Source of the DNA: Candidatus Doudnabacteria bacterium
GTDB taxonomy: Bacteria > Patescibacteriota > Doudnabacteria > UBA920
Reading direction: 5' to 3'
Length of the DNA: 64,000 nt
NCBI GenBank assembly: GCA_003151625.1
Contig: PLYC01000020.1
Span: forward strand, 28,981 to 92,980
The notes beneath the pieces were generated by a model that was not told where the DNA came from, did not search any database, and worked only from the letters and a program-made list of their open reading frames with translations. Position numbers and translations under genes: made by a program. This document shows positions 30,104-39,087 of the stretch, in pieces; position 1 is the stretch's first letter, and each line of letters starts with the position of its first letter.

Positions 30104-30664
30104 ATGGATAATAAATTGGGAAAAGTGGTGCGGGGTAAAGCCGTATTTTGGGACAGGGACGGGGTGTTAAACCACGTGGAAGAACACCGTGCTGACGGGA
30201 AAAAATTTGTTTCACCCCAAAAATTTGAAAATTTTAAATTAATCCCGGACGTGGCCGGGGTTTTGGACTATGTAAAAGCCAAAGGTTATTTGAATATTAT
30301 TGCCACCAAACAACCGGATATTGCCCGCAGTAAAATGTCCTGGGAAGAATTGAATAAGATGCACGATTTTTTAAAGGCCAATGTTCCGTCCATTGACGCC
30401 ATCTATATTTGTCCCCACGACGACAAAGACAATTGCAATTGCCGCAAGCCCAAGCCCGGCCTTTTGCTGGATGCTGCCAAAGATTACCATCTTAATCTTT
30501 CGCAGTGCTTTATGGTCGGGGACAGTCAAAACGACATAGACGCAGGCAAAAACGCGGGCAGCGTAAAAACCATTCTTATTGCCGCGCCTTACAACAAAGG
30601 GGTGGTTAATTTTGATTTTAAGGTAAACAGTTCGAAAGAAATAAAAAAGATAATAAGTTTGTAA
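30104..30664 (+). CDS. gmhB: D-glycero-D-manno-heptose 1,7-bisphosphate phosphatase (HAD-IIIA)
   Basis: DRDGV, CPH..CNCRKPKPG Zn site, MVGDS; start could be 30062. Confidence 0.85.
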   Translation: MDNKLGKVVRGKAVFWDRDGVLNHVEEHRADGKKFVSPQKFENFKLIPDVAGVLDYVKAKGYLNIIATKQPDIARSKMSWEELNKMHDFLKANVPSIDAIYICPHDDKDNCNCRKPKPGLLLDAAKDYHLNLSQCFMVGDSQNDIDAGKNAGSVKTILIAAPYNKGVVNFDFKVNSSKEIKKIISL

Positions 30665-30721
30665 AGCCGTATAAAATATGGTAAAATTAACCGGTAAATC
30701 ATTCATTTTTCGGTTAAAAAC

Positions 30722-31657
30722 ATGGATAAAAAAGTTGTTATTACCGGCGTGGCTGGGTTTATTGGAAGCAATTTGGCCGACCGGCTTTTGGCGGAAGGAT
30801 TTGAAGTTTTTGGAATTGACAACCTTTCTCACGGCATAAAAGATCAGGTTCCGGCAGGAGTAAAATTTTACCCGTTTGATATTAGGTCCCGGGACATATA
30901 CCCGCTTTTTGCAGGGGCAGAAGCGGTTTTTCATCTGGCCGCAAAAAACTGCATTTCCGATTGCGAGAAAGACCCGGCGGAAACCGCGGATATAAATGTG
31001 CGCGGTACTGTTAATGTTTTGGAAGCTTCAAAAAACGCAAAAGTAAAAAAAGTTATTTTGGCTGAAAGTTCCGCGGTGTACGAAGGGACGGATGTCTTTC
31101 CCACGCCAGAATCCGCGCCGGCAGCGCCAATTAGCTTTTACGCGGACAGCAAAATGGCCACGCATTTTTTTGCCCAAAGCTTTAGCCAAAATCACGGCCT
31201 TCCGGTAACCTCGGTGCGCTATTTTAATGTTTACGGTCCCAGGCAGGATTTCCGTAGGACCGAGCGCCCCATAATGAGCGAATTTATTATCCAGTTGTTA
31301 ACCGGAAAAAAACCGGTTTTGTACGGTAAAGGGCTTCGGAGTAAAGATTATATTTATATAGACGACGTAAACGATTTTCATTTGGAAATTTTAAAAAACG
31401 AAAAGGCTGACGGCAGGACATTTAACGTGGGTAGCGGACAGGCGGTTACTTATAAAGAGCTTTTGGAAACCCTGCAGGATATTTTAAAAACCAACATAGA
31501 GCCCGAGCAAAGGCCGTCATTGACCGGCGGGGTATTAAAAACTCAGGCCGATATTACAAGTGCCAAAGCTTTAGGCTGGGTTCCCAAAACACCCCTTAGG
31601 GAAGGCCTGCTAAAAAGCATTGAGTATATTAAAAAAGAAGTTCTGTCTAAAATATGA
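30722..31657 (+). CDS. NAD-dependent epimerase/dehydratase (GalE-like)
   Basis: TGVAGFIGS, FHLAA, YADSK, RYFNVYGPRQ. Confidence 0.9.
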   Translation: MDKKVVITGVAGFIGSNLADRLLAEGFEVFGIDNLSHGIKDQVPAGVKFYPFDIRSRDIYPLFAGAEAVFHLAAKNCISDCEKDPAETADINVRGTVNVLEASKNAKVKKVILAESSAVYEGTDVFPTPESAPAAPISFYADSKMATHFFAQSFSQNHGLPVTSVRYFNVYGPRQDFRRTERPIMSEFIIQLLTGKKPVLYGKGLRSKDYIYIDDVNDFHLEILKNEKADGRTFNVGSGQAVTYKELLETLQDILKTNIEPEQRPSLTGGVLKTQADITSAKALGWVPKTPLREGLLKSIEYIKKEVLSKI

Positions 31658-32379
31658 AAACAGTAATTATTGCCGGAGGGCTCAGCACCAGGCTTCGTCC
31701 GTTAACCAATTTCACGCCAAAGCCGTTGCTCGAAATTAACGGCAAGAAAATTTTGGATAGGACTTTGGAGCAGTTAATGCTGGCAGGTATTGACAACGTG
31801 ATTTTAAATATTGGCTACTTGTCCGAACAGTTCCAAAAATATTATGGCGACGGCCACGGGGCAGGCCTTAAAATAGAATATTTTTTGGAACAGGAATTAA
31901 ACGGTACGGCCGGCGCGGTAAAAAAAATGGCCGGCATCCTTGGCGACGAACAGATTTTGGTGGTTTACGGCGATAATTTGTTTAATATGGACTTTAAAAA
32001 AATAATCCAAAAGCCTTTGGCAAAAGAGTCGCTTGGAAGGATAATCTTGTTTGACCGGACTAAAAGCGCTTACAGCGGAATAGCCGGCGGAGCGGTGGTG
32101 CTAGATGAACACGGGATGATACAAAAGTTTATTGAAGGCCCGGAGAGCGCGGAACTTCCTTTGGTAAATGCCGGGGCTTACCTGCTGAAGCCTGAAATTT
32201 TAAATTATATTCCGGAAGGTGCCGCCTGCGATTTTGGCAAACATCTTTTTCCGCTGGTTTTAGAGGCAGGTAAAAAAATTGAAGGTTATGTTATTTTTTC
32301 GGAAGAATCCGTTTTTGGCATAGACACGCTGCAAACATTGGAAACCACCAAAAATTATTATTTAAAAAACAAATTATGA
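31654..32379 (+). CDS. hddC: Heptose-1-phosphate guanylyltransferase-like nucleotidyltransferase
   Basis: AGGLSTRLRPLT..PKPL, GTAGA, YGD; adjacent to hddA. Confidence 0.7.
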   Translation: MKTVIIAGGLSTRLRPLTNFTPKPLLEINGKKILDRTLEQLMLAGIDNVILNIGYLSEQFQKYYGDGHGAGLKIEYFLEQELNGTAGAVKKMAGILGDEQILVVYGDNLFNMDFKKIIQKPLAKESLGRIILFDRTKSAYSGIAGGAVVLDEHGMIQKFIEGPESAELPLVNAGAYLLKPEILNYIPEGAACDFGKHLFPLVLEAGKKIEGYVIFSEESVFGIDTLQTLETTKNYYLKNKL

Positions 32380-33377
32380 TAATTACCAGGACACCGTTTC
32401 GCGTCCCGCTTGGGGGAGGGGGAACCGATTTGCCGGGGTTTTACAAAAAGCACGGCGGGTTTATTTTTAGCGCTACCATAGACAAGTACATGTACCTGAC
32501 GCTTAACCGTCCGGTGCTTGATTCTTTAATCAGAATTAAATATTCCGATTCGGAAACCGTTGCTTCAGTGAATGAAATTAAGCACGAGTTGGCGCGGGAA
32601 GCGCTAAGAATAACCGGCGTTTTGGACAGTGTTGAGGTAACATCTTTTGCCGACCTGCCCTCCGGTACAGGAATGGGGTCTTCTTCCAGTTATTTAATTG
32701 GGTTGCTTAAAGCATTGCATGTCATGCAAAGAACCGAAATGAGCGCGGAAGCTTTGGCCGAGGAGGCCTGCCATATTGAAATGGAAATTTTAAAAAGTCC
32801 GGTCGGCAAGCAGGACCAATACTTGGCCGCCTTTGGCGGATTTGTGGAAATGCACATTGGCAAAGACGGCAAAGTGGAAGTTAAGCGCCCAAAAATTAGC
32901 CTGGATACCACGGAAGAATTGCGCTTTAAAGTGGGAATATTTTTTACCAACAAGTTCCATAAGACTTCGGAAATTTTAAGCGGCCAAAACCGCGAAGCCG
33001 CGGTTGCGGAAAGCCAGGTGGAAAAGGCATTGCTGAGAATTAAGGAAATCGGGCTGCAGATAAAAAGTGAAATGGAAAAGGGTGACCTTTCCAATTTTGG
33101 AAAACTGCTGGATGAGCACTGGAAAGTAAAGAAAACTATGTCCAATAAAATTTCTGACCCTGAGCTCGATAAAATTTATGAGCTGGCTAAACAGCACGGA
33201 GCCGAAGGCGGCAAAATTATGGGCAGCGGCGGCGGCGGTTTGTTCTTCTTTTTCTGTCCCGAAGGCAAAAAGAAAATAAAAAATGTTTTGGAACAGCAAG
33301 GGCTGCGGGAGATGCCGTACGACTTTGAATCCGAAGGGTCAAAAGTGCTTTTAAATATTTACCAACAGCCGTTATAA
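32376..33377 (+). CDS. hddA: D-glycero-alpha-D-manno-heptose 7-phosphate kinase (GHMP)
   Basis: TPFRVPLGGGGTD, PSGTGMGSSS, GKQDQY, GGKIMGSGGGG. Confidence 0.88.
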   Translation: MIITRTPFRVPLGGGGTDLPGFYKKHGGFIFSATIDKYMYLTLNRPVLDSLIRIKYSDSETVASVNEIKHELAREALRITGVLDSVEVTSFADLPSGTGMGSSSSYLIGLLKALHVMQRTEMSAEALAEEACHIEMEILKSPVGKQDQYLAAFGGFVEMHIGKDGKVEVKRPKISLDTTEELRFKVGIFFTNKFHKTSEILSGQNREAAVAESQVEKALLRIKEIGLQIKSEMEKGDLSNFGKLLDEHWKVKKTMSNKISDPELDKIYELAKQHGAEGGKIMGSGGGGLFFFFCPEGKKKIKNVLEQQGLREMPYDFESEGSKVLLNIYQQPL

Positions 33378-33380
33378 ATT

Positions 33381-34247
33381 ATGGAGTCTCCCAAAGATTT
33401 TAAAAATAAAGTTGTGGTTATTACCGGCGGGGCCGGGGGGATTGGGCAAGCCGTGTCAGCAGGCTTTGGTTTTTTGGGTGCCAGAATAATTATTCTGGGA
33501 AAGTCACGGGGGAATTTTAAAATCCTGCAAAAAAACCTGGGCAAAAAAATTAAACTTGAATTTTATGCTGTGGAAGTTAGCAAGGAACGGCAGGTTTGGG
33601 AGGCGGTTAAAAAAATTATTGCCAAGCATCATAAAATAGATGTGTTAATTAACGCGGCCGGAATTTTAGGGCCGGTGGGGCAATTTCATACCAATCCTCT
33701 TAAAGACTGGAGCAGGGTCATTAGCGTAAATTTAATCGGCACCGCTAATGTTTGCCACGCGGTGCTGCCTTATATGGTAAAACAAAAACAGGGAAAAATT
33801 ATTAATTTTTCCGGCGGCGGATCTGTGAATCCGTTCCCGAATTTCAGCGGCTACGCGGTTTCCAAAGCTGCCATTGTCCGGTTTACGGAAAATCTCGCTG
33901 CGGAGTACAGGGCCAGTAATATCCAGGTTAACGCGGTGGCGCCCGGCGCGGTGAATACCAAGTTTTTAAAAAACACGCTGGCGGCAGGTAAAAAACAAGC
34001 CGGGGAAAGCTATTACACTAAAGCTTTGGCCCAAAAACAGAATGGTGGCGATTCACCGCTTTTGGCGGCCGGACTTATTGATTTTTTATGCCGGCCGGAC
34101 AACCTTTTAACCGGCAAGTTAATTAGCGCGAAGTGGGACGACTGGAAAAAATTCACGGCAAAAGATATAGAGCTGTTAAACAACAATTCGGAATATACTT
34201 TAAGGAGAATAGACAATCAATTTTTTAAAGAGATAAAAAAGTCATGA
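33381..34247 (+). CDS. Short-chain dehydrogenase/reductase
   Basis: TGGAGGIG, NAAG, YAVSK, NAVAPG. Confidence 0.9.
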   Translation: MESPKDFKNKVVVITGGAGGIGQAVSAGFGFLGARIIILGKSRGNFKILQKNLGKKIKLEFYAVEVSKERQVWEAVKKIIAKHHKIDVLINAAGILGPVGQFHTNPLKDWSRVISVNLIGTANVCHAVLPYMVKQKQGKIINFSGGGSVNPFPNFSGYAVSKAAIVRFTENLAAEYRASNIQVNAVAPGAVNTKFLKNTLAAGKKQAGESYYTKALAQKQNGGDSPLLAAGLIDFLCRPDNLLTGKLISAKWDDWKKFTAKDIELLNNNSEYTLRRIDNQFFKEIKKS

Positions 34248-35266
34248 AAAATTTAAAAGTCGCAATAATTGGCGCGGGCTTTATTGGCAAAAAACGGGCG
34301 GATTCAATTAAGGAATTGGGGCAGGACAAAATTGTCGGCGTTTATGACATTGACCCGGCCAGGTGCAGCGCTTTGGCGGAATATTGCAAAGTACCCACGT
34401 TTAATAATTTAAAAGATTTGTTAAATATAGACGGACTCGACGCCGTAATTATTGCCACTTTCCCCAAAGCCGCCGTGGGTTTGGTTAAGCTGGCATTAAA
34501 GCACAAAAAGCACGTGTTGGTGGAAAAGCCGTTGGGGTACAACAGCAAAGACGCCAAGGAAGTGGCGCGACTGGTAAAATCTTCCGGGAAATTGCTCAAA
34601 GTGGGTTTTAACCATCGCTACCATCCTGCTGTCAGTTTGGCGCACAAACTTTTTAAGGAAGGCGAGATCGGCAAAATTATGCACATCCGCGCGGTATATG
34701 GGCATGGCGCACGTCCGGGTTACGATTTGGAATGGAGGATGCAAAAGAAATTCAGCCGCGGCGGCGAACTTTTTGACCAAGGAGTGCATGTTATAGATAT
34801 GGCGCATTGGTTTTTGGGGGACTTTTCCAAAGCGCAGGCCATTTTGCAAAATTCTTTTTGGAAAAAAAGCCCGTTTGAGGACAACGCCTTTTGCCTGCTC
34901 CAAACCGCAAAAGGGCAAACCGCGCAATTCCATGTCAGCATTACCGAATGGAAAAATAAATTTGTTTTTGAAATTTTCGGCGAAAAGGGGTATTTGTTCA
35001 TTAACGGCCTGGGCAGGAGTTACGGGGCGGAGACTTTAACTTTGGGACAGGAAGAGAAGCTCGGCAGGCCGTATAAAGAAAAGCAGTGGGTGTTCCCGCC
35101 GGAAGATATTTCCTGGAAAAAAGAATGGGAAGATTTTCGCGCTATGAGCTTGGGCAAAAAATCGTTTGAAGTTGCGGCCAAAGAAAACATCGCGGTAATG
35201 AAATCCCTGGATGCTTTGTATAAATCCGGACAGCAACATAAAATAATCACAATACCAAATAATTAA
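34244..35266 (+). CDS. Gfo/Idh/MocA oxidoreductase
   Basis: IIGAGFIG, HVLVEKP, GFNHRY, DQGVHVID. Confidence 0.92.
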   Translation: MKNLKVAIIGAGFIGKKRADSIKELGQDKIVGVYDIDPARCSALAEYCKVPTFNNLKDLLNIDGLDAVIIATFPKAAVGLVKLALKHKKHVLVEKPLGYNSKDAKEVARLVKSSGKLLKVGFNHRYHPAVSLAHKLFKEGEIGKIMHIRAVYGHGARPGYDLEWRMQKKFSRGGELFDQGVHVIDMAHWFLGDFSKAQAILQNSFWKKSPFEDNAFCLLQTAKGQTAQFHVSITEWKNKFVFEIFGEKGYLFINGLGRSYGAETLTLGQEEKLGRPYKEKQWVFPPEDISWKKEWEDFRAMSLGKKSFEVAAKENIAVMKSLDALYKSGQQHKIITIPNN

Positions 35267-35276
35267 ATTTAAAAAT

Positions 35277-35882
35277 ATGGCTAACGAATTTATTTCCACG
35301 TATTTGTCCGAAGTTTCCGGGATTGCCCAAAAAATCAACCAGGAATCGGTAAACAAATTAGCGGAGCTTCTTGTGGAAGTCAGGGGACGCGGGGGTAGGC
35401 TGTTTATTTTGGGAGTAGGGGGCAGCGCGGGCAACGCTTCCCACGCCGTAAATGATTTCAGGAAAATTACGGGCATTGAAGCCTACGCTCCAACAGACAA
35501 TGTCTCCGAGCTGACGGCCCGGACAAACGACGAAGGCTGGGAAAGCGTGTTTGCCGCGTGGCTCAAAGGCAGCAGGCTTTGCGCCAAGGACATGGTTTTG
35601 GTTTTCTCGGTCGGCGGCGGCAACGCGAAAAAAAACGTCAGCGCGAATTTAGTCTCCGCGCTTAAGCTTGCCAAGCAGGTTGGTGCGGCAGTTGGCGGCA
35701 TAGTCGGCCCAAAGGGCGGCTACACAGCGGAGGTTGCCGATGCCTGTGTTATAATTCCAGAAGCCGATGCCTCGCGCATTACTCCTCATTCCGAAAGTTT
35801 CCAGGCTGTTATTTGGCATTTATTGGTCTCCGACCCGAGGCTGAAAACGACCCAAACCAAATGGGAGTCATTGGCAAAGTAG
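35277..35882 (+). CDS. gmhA: Sedoheptulose-7-phosphate isomerase (SIS domain)
   Basis: GVGGSAGNASH, TARTNDEG, SVGGG, E..Q..IWH. Confidence 0.85.
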   Translation: MANEFISTYLSEVSGIAQKINQESVNKLAELLVEVRGRGGRLFILGVGGSAGNASHAVNDFRKITGIEAYAPTDNVSELTARTNDEGWESVFAAWLKGSRLCAKDMVLVFSVGGGNAKKNVSANLVSALKLAKQVGAAVGGIVGPKGGYTAEVADACVIIPEADASRITPHSESFQAVIWHLLVSDPRLKTTQTKWESLAK

Positions 35883-35903
35883 ATTATATTATTAAAATAT
35901 ATT

Positions 35904-36806
35904 ATGTATAAAGCAGTCTACGCTTTTTTGAATTTTATTGGAGCGGTAACCGGAAAGAAATTCATTTATATTCCCAAATCCAGGTCCGGTAAATACAATA
36001 CCGCCGTAAAATCTGACCTGGGATTTTGGTATGCGGGCAATATTATGTCGCAGTCGGACATAGCCTACGGAATCCTGTATAACGGCATAACCGAGCAATC
36101 TGGCACCGACTTGGTAAAAATTTGCCTGCAAAATTTAATCGAAAGCGGTAAAAATATTTGTTTTTACGATATTGGCGCTAATACCGGATATTATGGGATT
36201 TTGGCCGCTTTTATGGGCAAAGGCAAAATAATAAGCCACGCATTTGAACCTGTGGAGGAATTTACAAAAGTTGAACAGGATTCAGTATTTTTGAACCGTC
36301 TTGAAAATTGTTGTTTTGTTCATAACATGGCAATTGGAAATGAGAATAAGAAAACTGAAATTTTTGTTGTAGGCACCGGAACAACATTAATAAAGGATTT
36401 TTTGGGCGGCGAGAAAGCGAAAAAAAGGGAAGTACAGCAGGTTAGGCTGGACGACTTTGCGGTCCAAGAAAATTTGACCAATCCAGATTTTATAAAAATT
36501 GACGTTGAAGGTTTTGAATGCGAGGTATTTTTGGGAAGCCTTGGTTTAATAAAAAAAAGTCTGCCGATAATCTGGTATGAATCGGCCTCTGAGCTGAAAA
36601 ATCGGCATTTTAAAAATGAACATTTTTTGGAAAGCCAAAAATTATTGCAAGACGCAGGATACGAAATTTTTGCCTGCCGCGAAAGTGATTTGGTTTCCGT
36701 AGCCGGTATTGAAAAATTTGATGATATTGCAATGTATCTGGCTCTCCATAAAGAAAAACACCAATCACTAAGGAAGATTTTACAGGCCAAGTACAACCTG
36801 TCTTAG
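35904..36806 (+). CDS. FkbM-family methyltransferase
   Basis: YDIGANTG, AFEP, RLDDF, FIKIDVEGFE. Confidence 0.9.
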   Translation: MYKAVYAFLNFIGAVTGKKFIYIPKSRSGKYNTAVKSDLGFWYAGNIMSQSDIAYGILYNGITEQSGTDLVKICLQNLIESGKNICFYDIGANTGYYGILAAFMGKGKIISHAFEPVEEFTKVEQDSVFLNRLENCCFVHNMAIGNENKKTEIFVVGTGTTLIKDFLGGEKAKKREVQQVRLDDFAVQENLTNPDFIKIDVEGFECEVFLGSLGLIKKSLPIIWYESASELKNRHFKNEHFLESQKLLQDAGYEIFACRESDLVSVAGIEKFDDIAMYLALHKEKHQSLRKILQAKYNLS

Positions 36807-36850
36807 GGGAAGGGGATAGAAGTAATTAAAAAATAAAACAATTTGGGATT

Positions 36851-37525
36851 ATGGTAATTAAAAATTTTTTTAAAAAAATTTCCGCACGGTTTCAAACCAG
36901 TAAAGAAAGCTATAGGCGCCACAACGCCGAATTTTTAGTGAAGGGCAAATTGGAGAGTGAGCGTTTGGGTGTAAAGCGGCTAAAAGAGCAGGATATGTTT
37001 AGCCATCCGGATAATAAATTCGGCTTTCTGCTTAATAAATACCCCAATGTTCGCGGCTTTGCCGTTGATATTGGGTCAGGCAACGGCTGGCTTTCCGCCG
37101 AGTTATCTGCGTATTTTAAGAAGGTCATAGGAATTGAGCCTTCAAAAATGGGGATTGAAATCGCGAAACAATTATTTCCTCTATCTAGCTATCCTCAAAT
37201 TGAATGGAAGGAGGGGTTTGCCGAAGAAGTACTGCCCACTCTTAATTTTTCCGAACCTGTGCTGTTTGTTACCGGGTGCGTATTAAGTCATTTACGGGAT
37301 AAAGAAGTCGCGGATATTTGTAGGGTGATTAACGACAAAGCGCCGGTTGGTTCTATTCTCGGGTTTAGCGAATGCTGGGGCGAAGAGTGGCACCAAATAC
37401 GCTGGCATGTAAGAACCAAAGAGTGGTGGCAGAAAAATTTAAATAATTGGGACATTGACTTCCACGGACCCCAGGTGGAAGTGCCTGGGCGCCATAAAGG
37501 CTTTCACGCCGTAAAGGTAAAGTGA
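36851..37525 (+). CDS. Class I SAM-dependent methyltransferase
   Basis: VDIGSGNG, GIEPS. Confidence 0.82.
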   Translation: MVIKNFFKKISARFQTSKESYRRHNAEFLVKGKLESERLGVKRLKEQDMFSHPDNKFGFLLNKYPNVRGFAVDIGSGNGWLSAELSAYFKKVIGIEPSKMGIEIAKQLFPLSSYPQIEWKEGFAEEVLPTLNFSEPVLFVTGCVLSHLRDKEVADICRVINDKAPVGSILGFSECWGEEWHQIRWHVRTKEWWQKNLNNWDIDFHGPQVEVPGRHKGFHAVKVK

Positions 37526-37571
37526 AAAGGGAATTAAGATATTTGGAAATTGGTGAAATTGATTTAAAAGC

Positions 37572-38594
37572 ATGATAAATATTATTTCAAAAAGCCATAA
37601 TCGTTTGTTGGCTTCCGGACCCAAGAAGGTCGTGGACAATTTAATTAAGGGTTTGGATGCTATTGGTTATCCGTATGCCATAAATCGGCGCTTGGACGCC
37701 TGCCAAAGGCTTTGGATACACGACGATTTAGACGCCCTGTGGCAAATAAAAAAATTACCCACGGAGATTAAGGTGGCTATTGGACCGAATTTGTTTGTAA
37801 AGCCCTCGCAGGTGCCAAAGGGTTTGGATTTGTCGCGCGCGGTTTATTTGCAGCCTTCGCGCTGGACAGCGGACTTTTGGCAAAAGTTTGGCTTTAACGG
37901 CTGTCCGGTGGATGTTTGGCCCACGGGAATAGATACCACGGAATTTTCTCCTGCTTTGGGCGACAAAAGTTTTGTGCTGGTTTATTTTAAGCAGCGTTCA
38001 GCCGCGGAGCTGGAGTTTGTAAAGCAGGAGCTTGTAAGCCGGGGGCTTCATCATAAAGTTGTGCAGTATCCAAAATACCGGGAATCGGAATATAAAAAAA
38101 TGCTTGCCCAGGCGCGTTATATGATTTGGCTGGGCGGTCAGGAAAGCCAGGGGCTAGCGCTTCTTGAGGGCTTGAGCTGTAATATTCCCATGCTGGTCTG
38201 CGACGTAGGACGAATTGGCGACAGCGTTGTATCAAAAAAAAATACCGGCCTGTTTACCGGGGAAGAAAGTGTTTTTCCCGCCACTAGTGCGGAATATTTT
38301 GACAGCCGTTGCGGTATAAAAATAAAACAGTTAAAAGAGTTGCCTTCCGCTTTGGACCGAATGGAAAAAGAATGGAAAGCTTTTAACCCGCGTGAATATA
38401 TTTTACAAAGTTTAAGCTTGGAAAAACAGGCCAAAGATTTTGTGGAAATTTACCAAAAGCATTTTGGTTTGGGTTTTGGGGAGGGATTTGGTGAAAAATT
38501 GTTGAATCGGGGCAAGTGGAAAAACGACATTTGGCGGTATAAGGCTGTCGGATGGGCTAAAGACTGTATTAAAATTTTGCAAAGAGCCGTATGA
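37572..38594 (+). CDS. GT-B-fold glycosyltransferase-like protein
   Basis: SGPKKV, PTGIDT, ESQGLALLEGL (Ex7E). Confidence 0.75.
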   Translation: MINIISKSHNRLLASGPKKVVDNLIKGLDAIGYPYAINRRLDACQRLWIHDDLDALWQIKKLPTEIKVAIGPNLFVKPSQVPKGLDLSRAVYLQPSRWTADFWQKFGFNGCPVDVWPTGIDTTEFSPALGDKSFVLVYFKQRSAAELEFVKQELVSRGLHHKVVQYPKYRESEYKKMLAQARYMIWLGGQESQGLALLEGLSCNIPMLVCDVGRIGDSVVSKKNTGLFTGEESVFPATSAEYFDSRCGIKIKQLKELPSALDRMEKEWKAFNPREYILQSLSLEKQAKDFVEIYQKHFGLGFGEGFGEKLLNRGKWKNDIWRYKAVGWAKDCIKILQRAV

Positions 38595-38669
38595 CCGGAT
38601 TAAGTATGTGTTACACGTTTAAAAGTCCGTTCGGCAACAGGCTCTGTATAAAAGATAGGTTATTGTGCA

Positions 38670-38698
38670 TTGAAAATACCGAGGAAATCAGCTATAAT
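38670..38698 (+). promoter_or_regulatory. Promoter of the acpS-fkbH module
   Basis: TTGAAA-17 nt-TATAAT. Confidence 0.65.
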
Positions 38699-38748
38699 TT
38701 TTTTAAGTTAAAGAAATAAGGTGGCAATTTGCCTGGAAAGCCAATTTT

Positions 38749-39084
38749 ATGTTTAATATCGGCGTTGATGTTATAGAAATAAGCCGGTTTAGGTCAATAG
38801 AAAATTTAGAACGTGCAGCGGAATTTTTTTTGCTGGAAGAGGAACTGGAGATGGCTCGCCAGGCACCCGACATTTATCAGCATCTGGCTTCGCGATTTGC
38901 CTTAAAAGAGGCGGTTATTAAAGCCATGCCGGAGGCGATTTTTTACCATGATTTTCAAATAGTTAAGCAGGGGACGGCGCCCAAAGTCAAATTGTTGAAA
39001 GAGCACTTAAAAGAATACCAGGTTGCCGTGAGTTTGGCTCACACCGAAACTTCCGCCATTGGTTTTGCCATGGTTAATTTTTAA
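38749..39084 (+). CDS. acpS: Holo-ACP synthase (phosphopantetheinyl transferase)
   Basis: IGVDVIEISRF, ASRFALKEAVIKA, SLAH. Confidence 0.9.
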   Translation: MFNIGVDVIEISRFRSIENLERAAEFFLLEEELEMARQAPDIYQHLASRFALKEAVIKAMPEAIFYHDFQIVKQGTAPKVKLLKEHLKEYQVAVSLAHTETSAIGFAMVNF

Positions 39085-39087
39085 AAT

